DNA from: Alphaproteobacteria bacterium | GTDB taxonomy: Bacteria > Pseudomonadota > Alphaproteobacteria > Rs-D84 | Length of the DNA: 64,000 bases | Assembly (NCBI GenBank): GCA_017443235.1 | Contig: JAFSOV010000014.1 | Span: 1,867-65,866 of the forward strand | Direction of reading: 5' to 3' | In this document: positions 8,872 through 16,983 of the stretch, piece after piece | How positions within the stretch are numbered: position 1 is the first letter of the stretch | Layout of the letters: every line of letters starts with the position of its first letter | The notes under the pieces: model-generated | Databases searched by the model: none | The model's input: the letters and a program-made list of their open reading frames with translations, nothing else | Told to the model about the DNA's origin: nothing | Program-made: the position numbers and the translations under genes

Positions 8872-9891
8872 ATGTTTGACGAAAGTTTAGTGGTGGCAAG
8901 CGCGGTCAGTGCTTTTAATAATGCCGCGGTTGTTGGTCCCGCGTTTTTATGGAACGCGGTGTTGGCATCGCCGCTGTTTGTGGCAATATATGTTTTTGGA
9001 CGTAAATTTCTGGATGCAACGGGGTTGCGTCCATACGTGACGGGTGCGCGCGTGACATTTTGGACGGTTGTGTTCACGGCACTGTGGGTTGTGTTTATGG
9101 GCGGAAATTATGAAGTGCTGCGTGATGGCGTGTCACTTTTGCCGTGGGTTACGGCCGCCATTTTGTTTGTGACATCGATTTTTGTTGGAATAAATACCCG
9201 CGCGGTTAAATTACCGATTTGGTACGGTCGGCGGGATGTGTCAAATCGCCGCCGTTGGTGGGTGAATGTTTTGGTGTTTGCAATTGCGATGGTTCCGGTG
9301 GGTTTAAGTGATACACTAAATTGGTGGGGGCCGATATTACAGATTGGTGCGGTTCTGCTTGGTTTTATTATCGGTCGCCGTTCGCGGTGGCATATGCGCG
9401 GAACCGCATGGGCCATTGGGGTTATGTTGGCAACCACAATTGGTGTTTTGATGCAGCCTGAATTATGGCGATTTGGACAATTGGGAAATTTGACACCGGC
9501 GCACCTGATTTGGGTTATGTGTGTTGGAATTTTGGCGGCGGCGGCATTTGCGCTGGATGTGGTAAATCCACGTGGGCGGATTCATCAAAGTGCATATGTT
9601 AAATTAAAGTGGTTGATGCGGTTTGTGACCGCTTTGGCCGTTATATTGTTCGTCTTGACCGAGGCGGTGCCGATTTTCATCGGTGCGGTTATAATGGCAT
9701 TTGTTTTGTTTGCTATGTCAATTTGGCATGCGGAATCTGTCCCGGATGGCTTGGCAAACCGGATGGTTGCGTTGACCATTATCGCGTTTGGGGTACTGAC
9801 CGGATTGGTGGTCGTGACCGCGATGGGCGTATTGTGGTATGCCACGTTGCGTGATTCGGCACGGCACGGTGGCGCGGGATTCTTGTTATAA
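8872..9891 (+). CDS. Polytopic inner-membrane protein, function unknown
   Basis: 339-aa ORF with roughly 9-10 hydrophobic spans. No recognisable motif. Confidence 0.6.
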   Translation: MFDESLVVASAVSAFNNAAVVGPAFLWNAVLASPLFVAIYVFGRKFLDATGLRPYVTGARVTFWTVVFTALWVVFMGGNYEVLRDGVSLLPWVTAAILFVTSIFVGINTRAVKLPIWYGRRDVSNRRRWWVNVLVFAIAMVPVGLSDTLNWWGPILQIGAVLLGFIIGRRSRWHMRGTAWAIGVMLATTIGVLMQPELWRFGQLGNLTPAHLIWVMCVGILAAAAFALDVVNPRGRIHQSAYVKLKWLMRFVTALAVILFVLTEAVPIFIGAVIMAFVLFAMSIWHAESVPDGLANRMVALTIIAFGVLTGLVVVTAMGVLWYATLRDSARHGGAGFLL

Positions 9892-9978
9892 TTCGTTATA
9901 TTTATTGAATGTAAATCTGGGCACGGGTTGTGTAATATTCGCATAAGAAAATAACCGAAAATTTAGGGTGATTGACTT

Positions 9979-10779
9979 ATGACAAATATACATCCAACCG
10001 CAATTATTCGCGAAGGCGCCGTTATTGGTGCCGATTGCAAGATTGGCCCGTTCTGCATTGTTGGGCCGAATGTCGTTCTGGGCGAACGTGTAGAATTGGT
10101 TTCCAATGTTGTTATTGATGGAAAAACATCAATTGGTGATGATTCTATTGTGTATCCTTTCGCCGTTTTGGGCGTGATGAGCCAAGATTTGAAATGGCAA
10201 GATGAAGCCGCGATGACGGGGCTGCGTATTGGGAAACGTTGCAAAATTCGTGAATATGTGACAATTCATTCGGGAACACCGGCGTCCGATGGGACGGTAA
10301 TTGGTGACGATTGCCAAATTATGGTGAACGCCCACGTAGGTCACGATTGCAAGATTGGAAACAGTGTGGTTATGTCTAACCTGGTCCAGGTTGCCGGCCA
10401 TGTTGAGGTTGAAGATTTCGCAATTTTATCGGGCGATGTTATGGTTTTGCAATTTGCGCGCATTGGTCGTAACGCGTTTATTGGTGGAATGTCGGGCGTG
10501 TCTAATGATATTTTGCCGTATGCGATATATGATGGGCCGCGTGCAACATACCGAACCATCAATCGTGTTGGTTTGATGCGGCACGGGTTCACAAACGAAG
10601 ATATGCACGCGATTCATTCGGTCTATAATGCGGTATTTCGTGAAACCGAAGGAACGGTGACGGAACGTCTTAACCGTGTCCGGCGCGATGTAAAAAATAA
10701 CAAATACGCGATGGACGCGATTGATTTCATAGAAAATCGTTCTAAACGTGGAATTGGAACGTCGAATAATGCAGAATAA
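9979..10779 (+). CDS. lpxA: Acyl-ACP--UDP-N-acetylglucosamine O-acyltransferase
   Basis: Left-handed beta-helix hexapeptide repeats from the N-terminus (IHPTAIIREGAVIGADCKIGPFCIVG), followed by an LpxA-type C-terminal helical domain. Confidence 0.92.
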   Translation: MTNIHPTAIIREGAVIGADCKIGPFCIVGPNVVLGERVELVSNVVIDGKTSIGDDSIVYPFAVLGVMSQDLKWQDEAAMTGLRIGKRCKIREYVTIHSGTPASDGTVIGDDCQIMVNAHVGHDCKIGNSVVMSNLVQVAGHVEVEDFAILSGDVMVLQFARIGRNAFIGGMSGVSNDILPYAIYDGPRATYRTINRVGLMRHGFTNEDMHAIHSVYNAVFRETEGTVTERLNRVRRDVKNNKYAMDAIDFIENRSKRGIGTSNNAE

Positions 10780-11908
10780 AAAAATCAAGATTTTTATCAT
10801 TGCCGGCGAGGTTTCGGGTGACGCGTTGGCGGCGCGCGTTATGCAACGTATGGCATCGTGCGCGGAATTTGTTGGAATTGGTGGCGCGGCAATGACGGAA
10901 TGCGGATTAAAATCCATATTTCCAATGGCCGATTTGTCGGTAATGGGAATAATGGAGGTTTTGGCGCATGCCCGGACATTGACGCGACGCGTAAATCAAA
11001 CGGTTGACGCAATCATCGCGGCAAGGCCGGATTTGGTTTTGACGGTGGATTCACCGGGTTTTGCCAAACGCGTCATAAAAAAACTGCGTTCTTCGCGTGA
11101 TGGACGCGATATGATTGCGCGTGGGTTGCGGTTCCATCATATTGTCGCGCCCCAGGTTTGGGCGTGGCGACCGGGACGCGCCAAGAAATATGCCAAGACT
11201 TTTGATAAACTGTACGCGTTTTTTGATTTTGAAGTGCCCTATTTTACCAAATATGGCCTTGACACAATTGCGGTTGGACACCCGATTGCCGAAAATATTA
11301 TGAATTTGCCGCGCGCAAAAAAGCCTGATGATAAAATAATCACTCTGGTTCCCGGCAGTCGTTTAAGCGAAGTCAAAAAGTTGATGCCGATATTTCGGCA
11401 ATTTGTTGAAACAATAAATTCTTGTGGGTATATGGGGTATAAATTTGCGATTCCAATTGTTGAAACGACCGCGGATTATGTAATGCGTGAAATCAAAGAT
11501 TGGGTTGTTAAACCGGAACTGGTTGCCGCGGATGCGCGATATGATTTATATCAAAGAACCTATGTCGCGGTGGCGGCCAGTGGCACCGTGTCGGCGGAAT
11601 TGGCAATGATGCACGTGCCGGCAATAATCACATATAAAATGAATCGTATAACGACATTGATTGGGCGAATATTGATAAATGTGCGTTGGGTGTCTTTGGT
11701 AAATATTTTATTGAATCGTGCGGTGTACCCCGAATTTTTGGGCGGTGATGCAACGGCGGAAAATATTATCAATGAATTTGATACAATAATTTTGCCGGCG
11801 AATCGCGCAAAAATGATTAAGGAATTGCACGCGGCGGACAATATGTGGGTTCGCCCCGAAGGCGTGGCAAGTAAGATTATTGCGGATGATATATTAAAGA
11901 GTGTTTAG
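10769..11908 (+). CDS. lpxB: Lipid-A-disaccharide synthase
   Basis: KIFIIAGEVSGD N-terminus and PGSR motif (LVPGSRLSEV). Start at MQNKKIK, overlapping the lpxA end by 11 nt. Confidence 0.9.
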   Translation: MQNKKIKIFIIAGEVSGDALAARVMQRMASCAEFVGIGGAAMTECGLKSIFPMADLSVMGIMEVLAHARTLTRRVNQTVDAIIAARPDLVLTVDSPGFAKRVIKKLRSSRDGRDMIARGLRFHHIVAPQVWAWRPGRAKKYAKTFDKLYAFFDFEVPYFTKYGLDTIAVGHPIAENIMNLPRAKKPDDKIITLVPGSRLSEVKKLMPIFRQFVETINSCGYMGYKFAIPIVETTADYVMREIKDWVVKPELVAADARYDLYQRTYVAVAASGTVSAELAMMHVPAIITYKMNRITTLIGRILINVRWVSLVNILLNRAVYPEFLGGDATAENIINEFDTIILPANRAKMIKELHAADNMWVRPEGVASKIIADDILKSV

Positions 11909-11929
11909 TGGCTAGTGTTAGTGGTTAGT
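11906..11929. repeat. Short tandem array of the 6-7-nt unit TTAGTGG (locus 1)
   Basis: TTAGTGG CTAGTG TTAGTGG TTAGTC. The first TAG is the lpxB stop codon. Related arrays lie at 24758 and 35893. Confidence 0.65.
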
Positions 11930-11981
11930 CCGTCCCGTCACCACGCAGTGGTGCCGTGGCTGCGACGGGTGCAAGTGGTAT

Positions 11982-12012
11982 AAAAAAACTGGGGCGTTCC
12001 GCCCCGGTTTTT
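11982..12012. terminator. Bidirectional terminator between lpxB and the 12011 gene
   Basis: Stem GGGGCG / CGCCCC with a 3-nt loop. A-run upstream and T-run downstream. Confidence 0.6.
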
Positions 12013-14698
12013 ATGGTAATATACCGTCGGGCAGATCCAGGAATTCATCCTGATGTGCGGACATATATGCTTCGCAATCATCTTGATGAGCAAACGGACA
12101 CACCTGATTAGTTGCGGAATTGACAGCCGAAGTGCACCAATCCTGAATCGTTGCATTTGCATTTCCTATCGTGTAACTGTTAATACACGCACCGTCATTC
12201 ACTGGGAATGTTTCACCACCTGGTTCTTCACGGGGTTGCACAGGTATGCCAGCCACACATTTCCCAAATAGGCCGTTTTTACTTCTGCGACCACCATTTT
12301 CCCAACATAGACAGGCGCCCCATGCATTGGTGTCTACATTTAATATGTACCCTTTTGGACACATGTTTTCGTGCCAATTACTGGCGGAATTTCCGTAATT
12401 GCTTTCAAGTTCTTGCCCCATATAGTAGTCTACGCTCTGCCAGCTTAAAGAACAGATAGGATTTAATTGAACTCCGTACAAGCGATGATCAATAAATTGT
12501 GGTTCGATAAATTTGCCTTGGACATTCATACATTGCGTCATAAGGCCGTCTATGATTTGATTATAAACCTCGGTCGCGACACCGGTTGGACGCAAACGGC
12601 GATTCTTGAATTTATAAGTTTTGTTGCCATTGGGGTCCCAATTGTTTATATCAATTGAACCATCGGCATCGCGCATTGCCCAACCGTACGCATTTATGTT
12701 ATCCCCGTCCGGTGCGGTGTATTCATATTGACCAAATGTGGGGGATGTGTCGCGGTGTGCAACAACCATATCTAACCCGCCAAATACTTCTTCGATTTGG
12801 TCGGCGCAACTGGATATATCGGCAACACGTTGCGCGCACAAAGATTTATACCCCGATTTTCGTATCCCGTTTTCATCGTATTCATACAGTGTGAACCAAT
12901 CCAATGCCGTTTTTTTATCGGCCGATTCGGGCGTGTCAACAACATTTGCCGTGAACAGGCCGCTGTTCGGGGCATAGAAGTTTTCGTAATTTGTGCCGCC
13001 GAAACTGTCAAAGCATTGTTGGGCAACCGCACGGCACGCCGCCAATGTATCGGTACCTGTTTGTGATTCGATATATGTGGCAATTACATCATCACCGAAC
13101 AGACCGTTACACGAATCGATATAATCACTGCACATTTGTTGCGTAAGGACGATTTTGTCCGGAATCAAAGATGTATCGGAATCGCCATCAATCAATGCCG
13201 CCATTGCCGCGGTTATTGCGGTTTCGCGTTCGGCATAGCACGCAGATATCAAATCAAAACAACCGTTTTGTATGGTTTTGACCTTGGATTGCTGGGCATA
13301 GTATATGTCTAATAAAGCCTTGTCCAAATATTCCGCCCACACCGCATCGGCGATTTCTGTACATTTGTCCAACGCGTCCGCCGCAAACTTTTTGGTTTTA
13401 TTTTCGAAATTTTTAAGGAACTTTTGATTGTACGGGTTTTGTGACAGTTTTTGATCAACCGCGTCTTTACCAAAGTCGAACTTTAACAATTTGCCCAATT
13501 CGTTAAAGTTCACCACGCCCGCGATTGGTGCGCCCGTTGTCACGTCTATGAATTCGCCATTATCCAGGCATTTATGATAATTTGCACCGCATACTTGCTC
13601 GCTAAGCACCGCGGATTCAACTTCGTTTATACATGTGGTCATATCGGATGAATTGTGTTTTTTGCGGTTTTCTATACGCGCCAAATCCAACATTGCATCA
13701 CCTTCGCGGATGGCGGTTTTTAATTCTTTCTTTTTGCCTTCTAGTGCGGTCTGAACCGTATTGCAATCTTGTTCAATTGCCATAAGGTACGCCGTCACCG
13801 CCCTTTGCAACGATGCATCATTACAATCAGATGCGACCACCGTCCGGCATGACGGATAAACCGCGTTATACAGTTCAATGCCGTTATATGATGCGACAAC
13901 CTGGGCCGTGTCATTCAGGCCGAACATATTTGTCGTATCAAACGACAGATTTATACTGTTCAAATCGGACCATTTGCCGCCAACGGTTGTGTCTTCACCG
14001 CGGATTGAATTCATAATTGCGGTCAATAAAGCCTTGGATGCGGAAACATCGCGCGTCAGTGCATTTTCGCCATCGGACGCGGTGTGAACGGCGGTTGCCT
14101 GGGCCGCGGTCATCCCAACCATATCAAGGTTTTCCGTAAATTCAGACAATTTTGCGTTCGTGTCGTCCAAACTTTTGCGCATATTGACCAATTCGCCGAT
14201 GCGCGAACTGCAAGAACACCGGCGATATTCGTCGTTCTTTAATGTGCAGAATTGGTCCATACATTGGAAATATGCGCTTTTGCATTGGTTGTATGCCGCG
14301 CCGGTGCGGGTTTCCGCCATATTTGTCGCGGTCGAATTTGCCGTTGCCGCGGCACGCGCAGTTACCGCCCCGCGTGCGGCGGTGGTGGATGCGGTTCGCG
14401 AATTGGTCGTTCCGGAACGGCCATTGATTACCGCCGTTCGTGTGCGTGTGGCGGTTTCGGTGCGTGGTGTGGTAATTGGTAATGTTCCCGCGCGTGTCGC
14501 AACCGTTTTCTGGGCACGGGTTTGTGTTGCGGCGCGCGATAAGTCCGCCGCGGTACGTGCGGTTGTGGCCCCCCGTGATTGGGTGGTTGATGTGGCGCGT
14601 GGCGCACCGGTCGATGACGCGGCATCACGCACCGCGGCATACGCGGGCGCGCCGGCCAAAAAGCCCAGAATTGCGCCAAAAAGCAGAATTTTCTTCAT
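12011..14698 (-). CDS. Large secreted Cys-rich protein; paralogue of 55692..58067
   Basis: Signal peptide MKKILLFGAILGFLAGAPAYA, then an Arg/Thr/Ala-rich tract of about 130 aa, then CKSAYFQCMDQFCTLKNDEYRRCSCSSR. About 500 aa can be aligned by eye with the 791-aa protein. Start set at MKKILLF. Confidence 0.8.
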   Translation of the reverse strand: MKKILLFGAILGFLAGAPAYAAVRDAASSTGAPRATSTTQSRGATTARTAADLSRAATQTRAQKTVATRAGTLPITTPRTETATRTRTAVINGRSGTTNSRTASTTAARGAVTARAAATANSTATNMAETRTGAAYNQCKSAYFQCMDQFCTLKNDEYRRCSCSSRIGELVNMRKSLDDTNAKLSEFTENLDMVGMTAAQATAVHTASDGENALTRDVSASKALLTAIMNSIRGEDTTVGGKWSDLNSINLSFDTTNMFGLNDTAQVVASYNGIELYNAVYPSCRTVVASDCNDASLQRAVTAYLMAIEQDCNTVQTALEGKKKELKTAIREGDAMLDLARIENRKKHNSSDMTTCINEVESAVLSEQVCGANYHKCLDNGEFIDVTTGAPIAGVVNFNELGKLLKFDFGKDAVDQKLSQNPYNQKFLKNFENKTKKFAADALDKCTEIADAVWAEYLDKALLDIYYAQQSKVKTIQNGCFDLISACYAERETAITAAMAALIDGDSDTSLIPDKIVLTQQMCSDYIDSCNGLFGDDVIATYIESQTGTDTLAACRAVAQQCFDSFGGTNYENFYAPNSGLFTANVVDTPESADKKTALDWFTLYEYDENGIRKSGYKSLCAQRVADISSCADQIEEVFGGLDMVVAHRDTSPTFGQYEYTAPDGDNINAYGWAMRDADGSIDINNWDPNGNKTYKFKNRRLRPTGVATEVYNQIIDGLMTQCMNVQGKFIEPQFIDHRLYGVQLNPICSLSWQSVDYYMGQELESNYGNSASNWHENMCPKGYILNVDTNAWGACLCWENGGRRSKNGLFGKCVAGIPVQPREEPGGETFPVNDGACINSYTIGNANATIQDWCTSAVNSATNQVCPFAHQDDCEAYMSAHQDEFLDLPDGILP

Positions 14699-14836
14699 CT
14701 CTGATAAAAATGTTAGCAAATTTTGTAAATCCGGGGCAAGCATATTTTTACATATTTACACAACAGATTTTTCATTGTTTTGGTATTTTCCCCTTGCAAA
14801 ATGTATGAATTTGATTTATTATTGGCGTTGCCTTGT

Positions 14837-14921
14837 GGGCATATGGCGGAATTGGTAGACGCGCTAGTTTCAGGTACTAGTGGGGCGACCCTTGGAAGTT
14901 CGAGTCTTCTTATGCCCACCA
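14837..14921 (+). tRNA. tRNA-Leu (anticodon CAG), CCA encoded
   Basis: Acceptor GGGCATA/TATGCCC. Anticodon arm CTAGT-TTCAGGT-ACTAG. Long variable arm. Confidence 0.9.
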
Positions 14922-14933
14922 TATAAAAGTTTT

Positions 14934-15009
14934 GGGGTTGTAGCTCAGTTGATAGAGCGCTACGTTCGCATCGTAGAGGTCGTGGGTTTGAGTCCCATCA
15001 GCTCCACCA
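14934..15009 (+). tRNA. tRNA-Ala (anticodon CGC), CCA encoded
   Basis: Acceptor GGGGTTG/CAGCTCC carrying the G3:U70 alanine identity pair. Anticodon arm CTACG-TTCGCAT-CGTAG. Confidence 0.88.
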
Positions 15010-15152
15010 AAAATTGTTGATGCGCACCAAAAGTGCGCATTTAAAATTTTTGAATGCCGCGGCGGAGTGTGTGAAACGCACGAAGACGGGCGATAAGCAA
15101 AATTTTTCTTGCGCGGGGCGAAACATATTGGTATTATACCACGCGTTCACAC

Positions 15153-15239
15153 GGGGATATGGCGGAATGGTAGACGCTGAGGACTTAAAATCCTTTGGTC
15201 ATTGCGACCGTGTGGGTTCAAGTCCCACTATCCCCACCA
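15153..15239 (+). tRNA. tRNA-Leu (anticodon TAA), CCA encoded
   Basis: Acceptor GGGGATA/TATCCCC. Anticodon loop CTTAAAA. Long variable arm. Confidence 0.9.
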
Positions 15240-15331
15240 CCAAAATTTCAAGCAAGCAACGCGAGCGTTGAAATTTTTAGTGTCGCGGCGTAGAACACAA
15301 AGTGTGCGAAGACGGACAGAATATAGTTTTT

Positions 15332-15408
15332 GGATGTGTAGCTCAGTTGGTTAGAGCGCTTCGTTCACATCGAAGAGGTCGTTGGTTCGAGTCCAATCAC
15401 ATCCACCA
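15332..15408 (+). tRNA. tRNA-Val (anticodon CAC), CCA encoded
   Basis: Acceptor GGATGTG/CACATCC. Anticodon arm CTTCG-TTCACAT-CGAAG. Confidence 0.9.
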
Positions 15409-15413
15409 CAAAT

Positions 15414-15441
15414 AAAAAAATCGGGTGCATCCCGATTTTTG
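15414..15441 (+). terminator. Rho-independent terminator after the tRNA cluster
   Basis: Stem ATCGGG / CCCGAT followed by TTTTT. Confidence 0.6.
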
Positions 15442-15484
15442 TTATTTATTCTGTAAAGATTTGGTATAATTACACGATAGGGAT

Positions 15485-16573
15485 ATGAGGGAGTTACGTT
15501 TTATATTTTATTTGTTGTGCGGATTTGCACCGTGTTTGGTGCGGGCGGATTTTTTGCCCGATTTTGTTGTGCCGTTTCCAGATGTGGCAAATACAGATTA
15601 CCAAATCACAAAGTTACGGCCTGTGGATTTTCCGGCAACGGTGGCGGATCTAAGTTTTACGGATCGTATGGCATTAAAATCTAAATCTTATGAACCATTT
15701 CGTGATATGCGCGCATATCATGATTTGGTGGTCGAAGGCGAAGAACATTTTATTGAACGGCAAATGGCGTTGATGGAAATGGAACGCGAATATGATTATG
15801 AAATGATGGACAATGCCGAATATTGCAATAATTATTCTTTGGACGAAGAACATTGTGCCCAGGCGCCGGATGCGTGGCAAGAAGTCATTGATGTGGCAGA
15901 TGATGTTTCATACGGCACAGAATATTATGGAACAACGATTGGTGGTGGTGCGGTGATTGCCAACAACAAAGTACGTGGCGGTTCGTGCTATCCGGCGGCA
16001 AAAAGTAATGATTTCAAAAATCAAATTCTTACCAGTGGAACGTATGAAAGGATTTCGCCCGCGTTTGAAAAGGCAATGATAACGGTGTTTCGTAAAGAAG
16101 GTACATGCGGGATAATTGAAGGTGATCCGTGTGGATATACGTGTTACGGCATTGGGCAAAATTGTCTTGGTAAAGATTTGGGAATCAATGTTCGTAATTT
16201 GACACGGCTCCAGGCAGAAAAAATCTATTATGATAATTTCTGGCAAAAATATAATGTTGGTATGTTGCCGGATGTTATTTCTGGGGATTTGTTTTTGGCA
16301 ATGATGGCCAGTGGTCCCAAAACCGGCATCAGTCAGTTTAGAAAGTTTTTAGGTTTGACGAATGGGTACCAGTTGGATGAAAATGTTGTTGCCGCGGTGC
16401 AAAATTATAATGGCGATATTCATCAATCTTGGTTGGATGTGCGTAAGCAATTCTTGGTACAGGTTGCCGCAAGAAAATATAACAATCGTGTGTTGAACGG
16501 ATGGATGCGCGCAATTAGGTTAAAGCGCGAAAATGGGTGCCACGTAATACCGGTGACCCCATTATACAGATAA
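15485..16573 (+). CDS. Secreted GH108-like muramidase-domain protein with a novel N-terminal region
   Basis: Signal peptide present. The C-terminal half resembles Glyco_hydro_108 plus PG_binding_3: VFRKEGTCG..GDPCGYTCYGI..LTRLQAEKIYYDNFW..GDLFLAMMASGPKTGISQFRKFLG...NGWMRAIRL. The N-terminal FPATVADLSFTDR module is shared with the 18883 protein. Confidence 0.72.
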   Translation: MRELRFIFYLLCGFAPCLVRADFLPDFVVPFPDVANTDYQITKLRPVDFPATVADLSFTDRMALKSKSYEPFRDMRAYHDLVVEGEEHFIERQMALMEMEREYDYEMMDNAEYCNNYSLDEEHCAQAPDAWQEVIDVADDVSYGTEYYGTTIGGGAVIANNKVRGGSCYPAAKSNDFKNQILTSGTYERISPAFEKAMITVFRKEGTCGIIEGDPCGYTCYGIGQNCLGKDLGINVRNLTRLQAEKIYYDNFWQKYNVGMLPDVISGDLFLAMMASGPKTGISQFRKFLGLTNGYQLDENVVAAVQNYNGDIHQSWLDVRKQFLVQVAARKYNNRVLNGWMRAIRLKRENGCHVIPVTPLYR

Positions 16574-16591
16574 ATTTATCCCATAAATTTT

Positions 16592-16909
16592 TTATCGCAA
16601 ACCCAATGCGCGGCAACACGATGACGCGGCGGTTTTCCAATCAGAATATTGCTTTTCAGGATTGCGCAGGTCACGCCAACCCTGCCACCCGGAACACGTT
16701 TTCTTGGTGCCGGTACCGGTGCATTTTACATATCGGCGCAGCGAACAAGTTTGATTCGACAGTTTGCCCAAATCGGTCGTGCATTTAACAACCACATTTT
16801 GATTTTTCGCATCATCTTTGCCCAATTCCTTGGACGATATAACCTGGTACGCGTGGGCGGACACGACGGTTGATATTACAATTATAAAAGCGGTAAAAAA
16901 TTTTTTCAT
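16592..16909 (-). CDS. Small secreted Cys-containing protein, function unknown
   Basis: 105 aa with signal peptide MKKFFTAFIIVISTVVSAHA and six cysteines. Last gene of a co-directional run. Confidence 0.55.
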   Translation of the reverse strand: MKKFFTAFIIVISTVVSAHAYQVISSKELGKDDAKNQNVVVKCTTDLGKLSNQTCSLRRYVKCTGTGTKKTCSGWQGWRDLRNPEKQYSDWKTAASSCCRALGLR

Positions 16910-16983
16910 CTTTGACCCCCTGTTCCGTTCATTGTTATTTTATAAGAAAAAATATGAAAAGACAACAGGTTTTTTATCGCACA

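Noticed and set aside
11906-11929. TTAGTGG arrays considered as CRISPR arrays or as microsatellites within coding sequence.
   Set aside because: The unit is 6-7 nt with no spacers, each array is under 35 nt, and no cas genes are present. All arrays are intergenic, so they are neither CRISPR nor coding repeats.
14160-14858. 232-aa plus-strand ORF, with several nested ORFs, over the 5-prime end of the 12011..14698 gene.
   Set aside because: It is an artefact of the GC-rich Arg/Thr/Ala-coding tract read in antisense. It also runs across the promoter region into tRNA-Leu.
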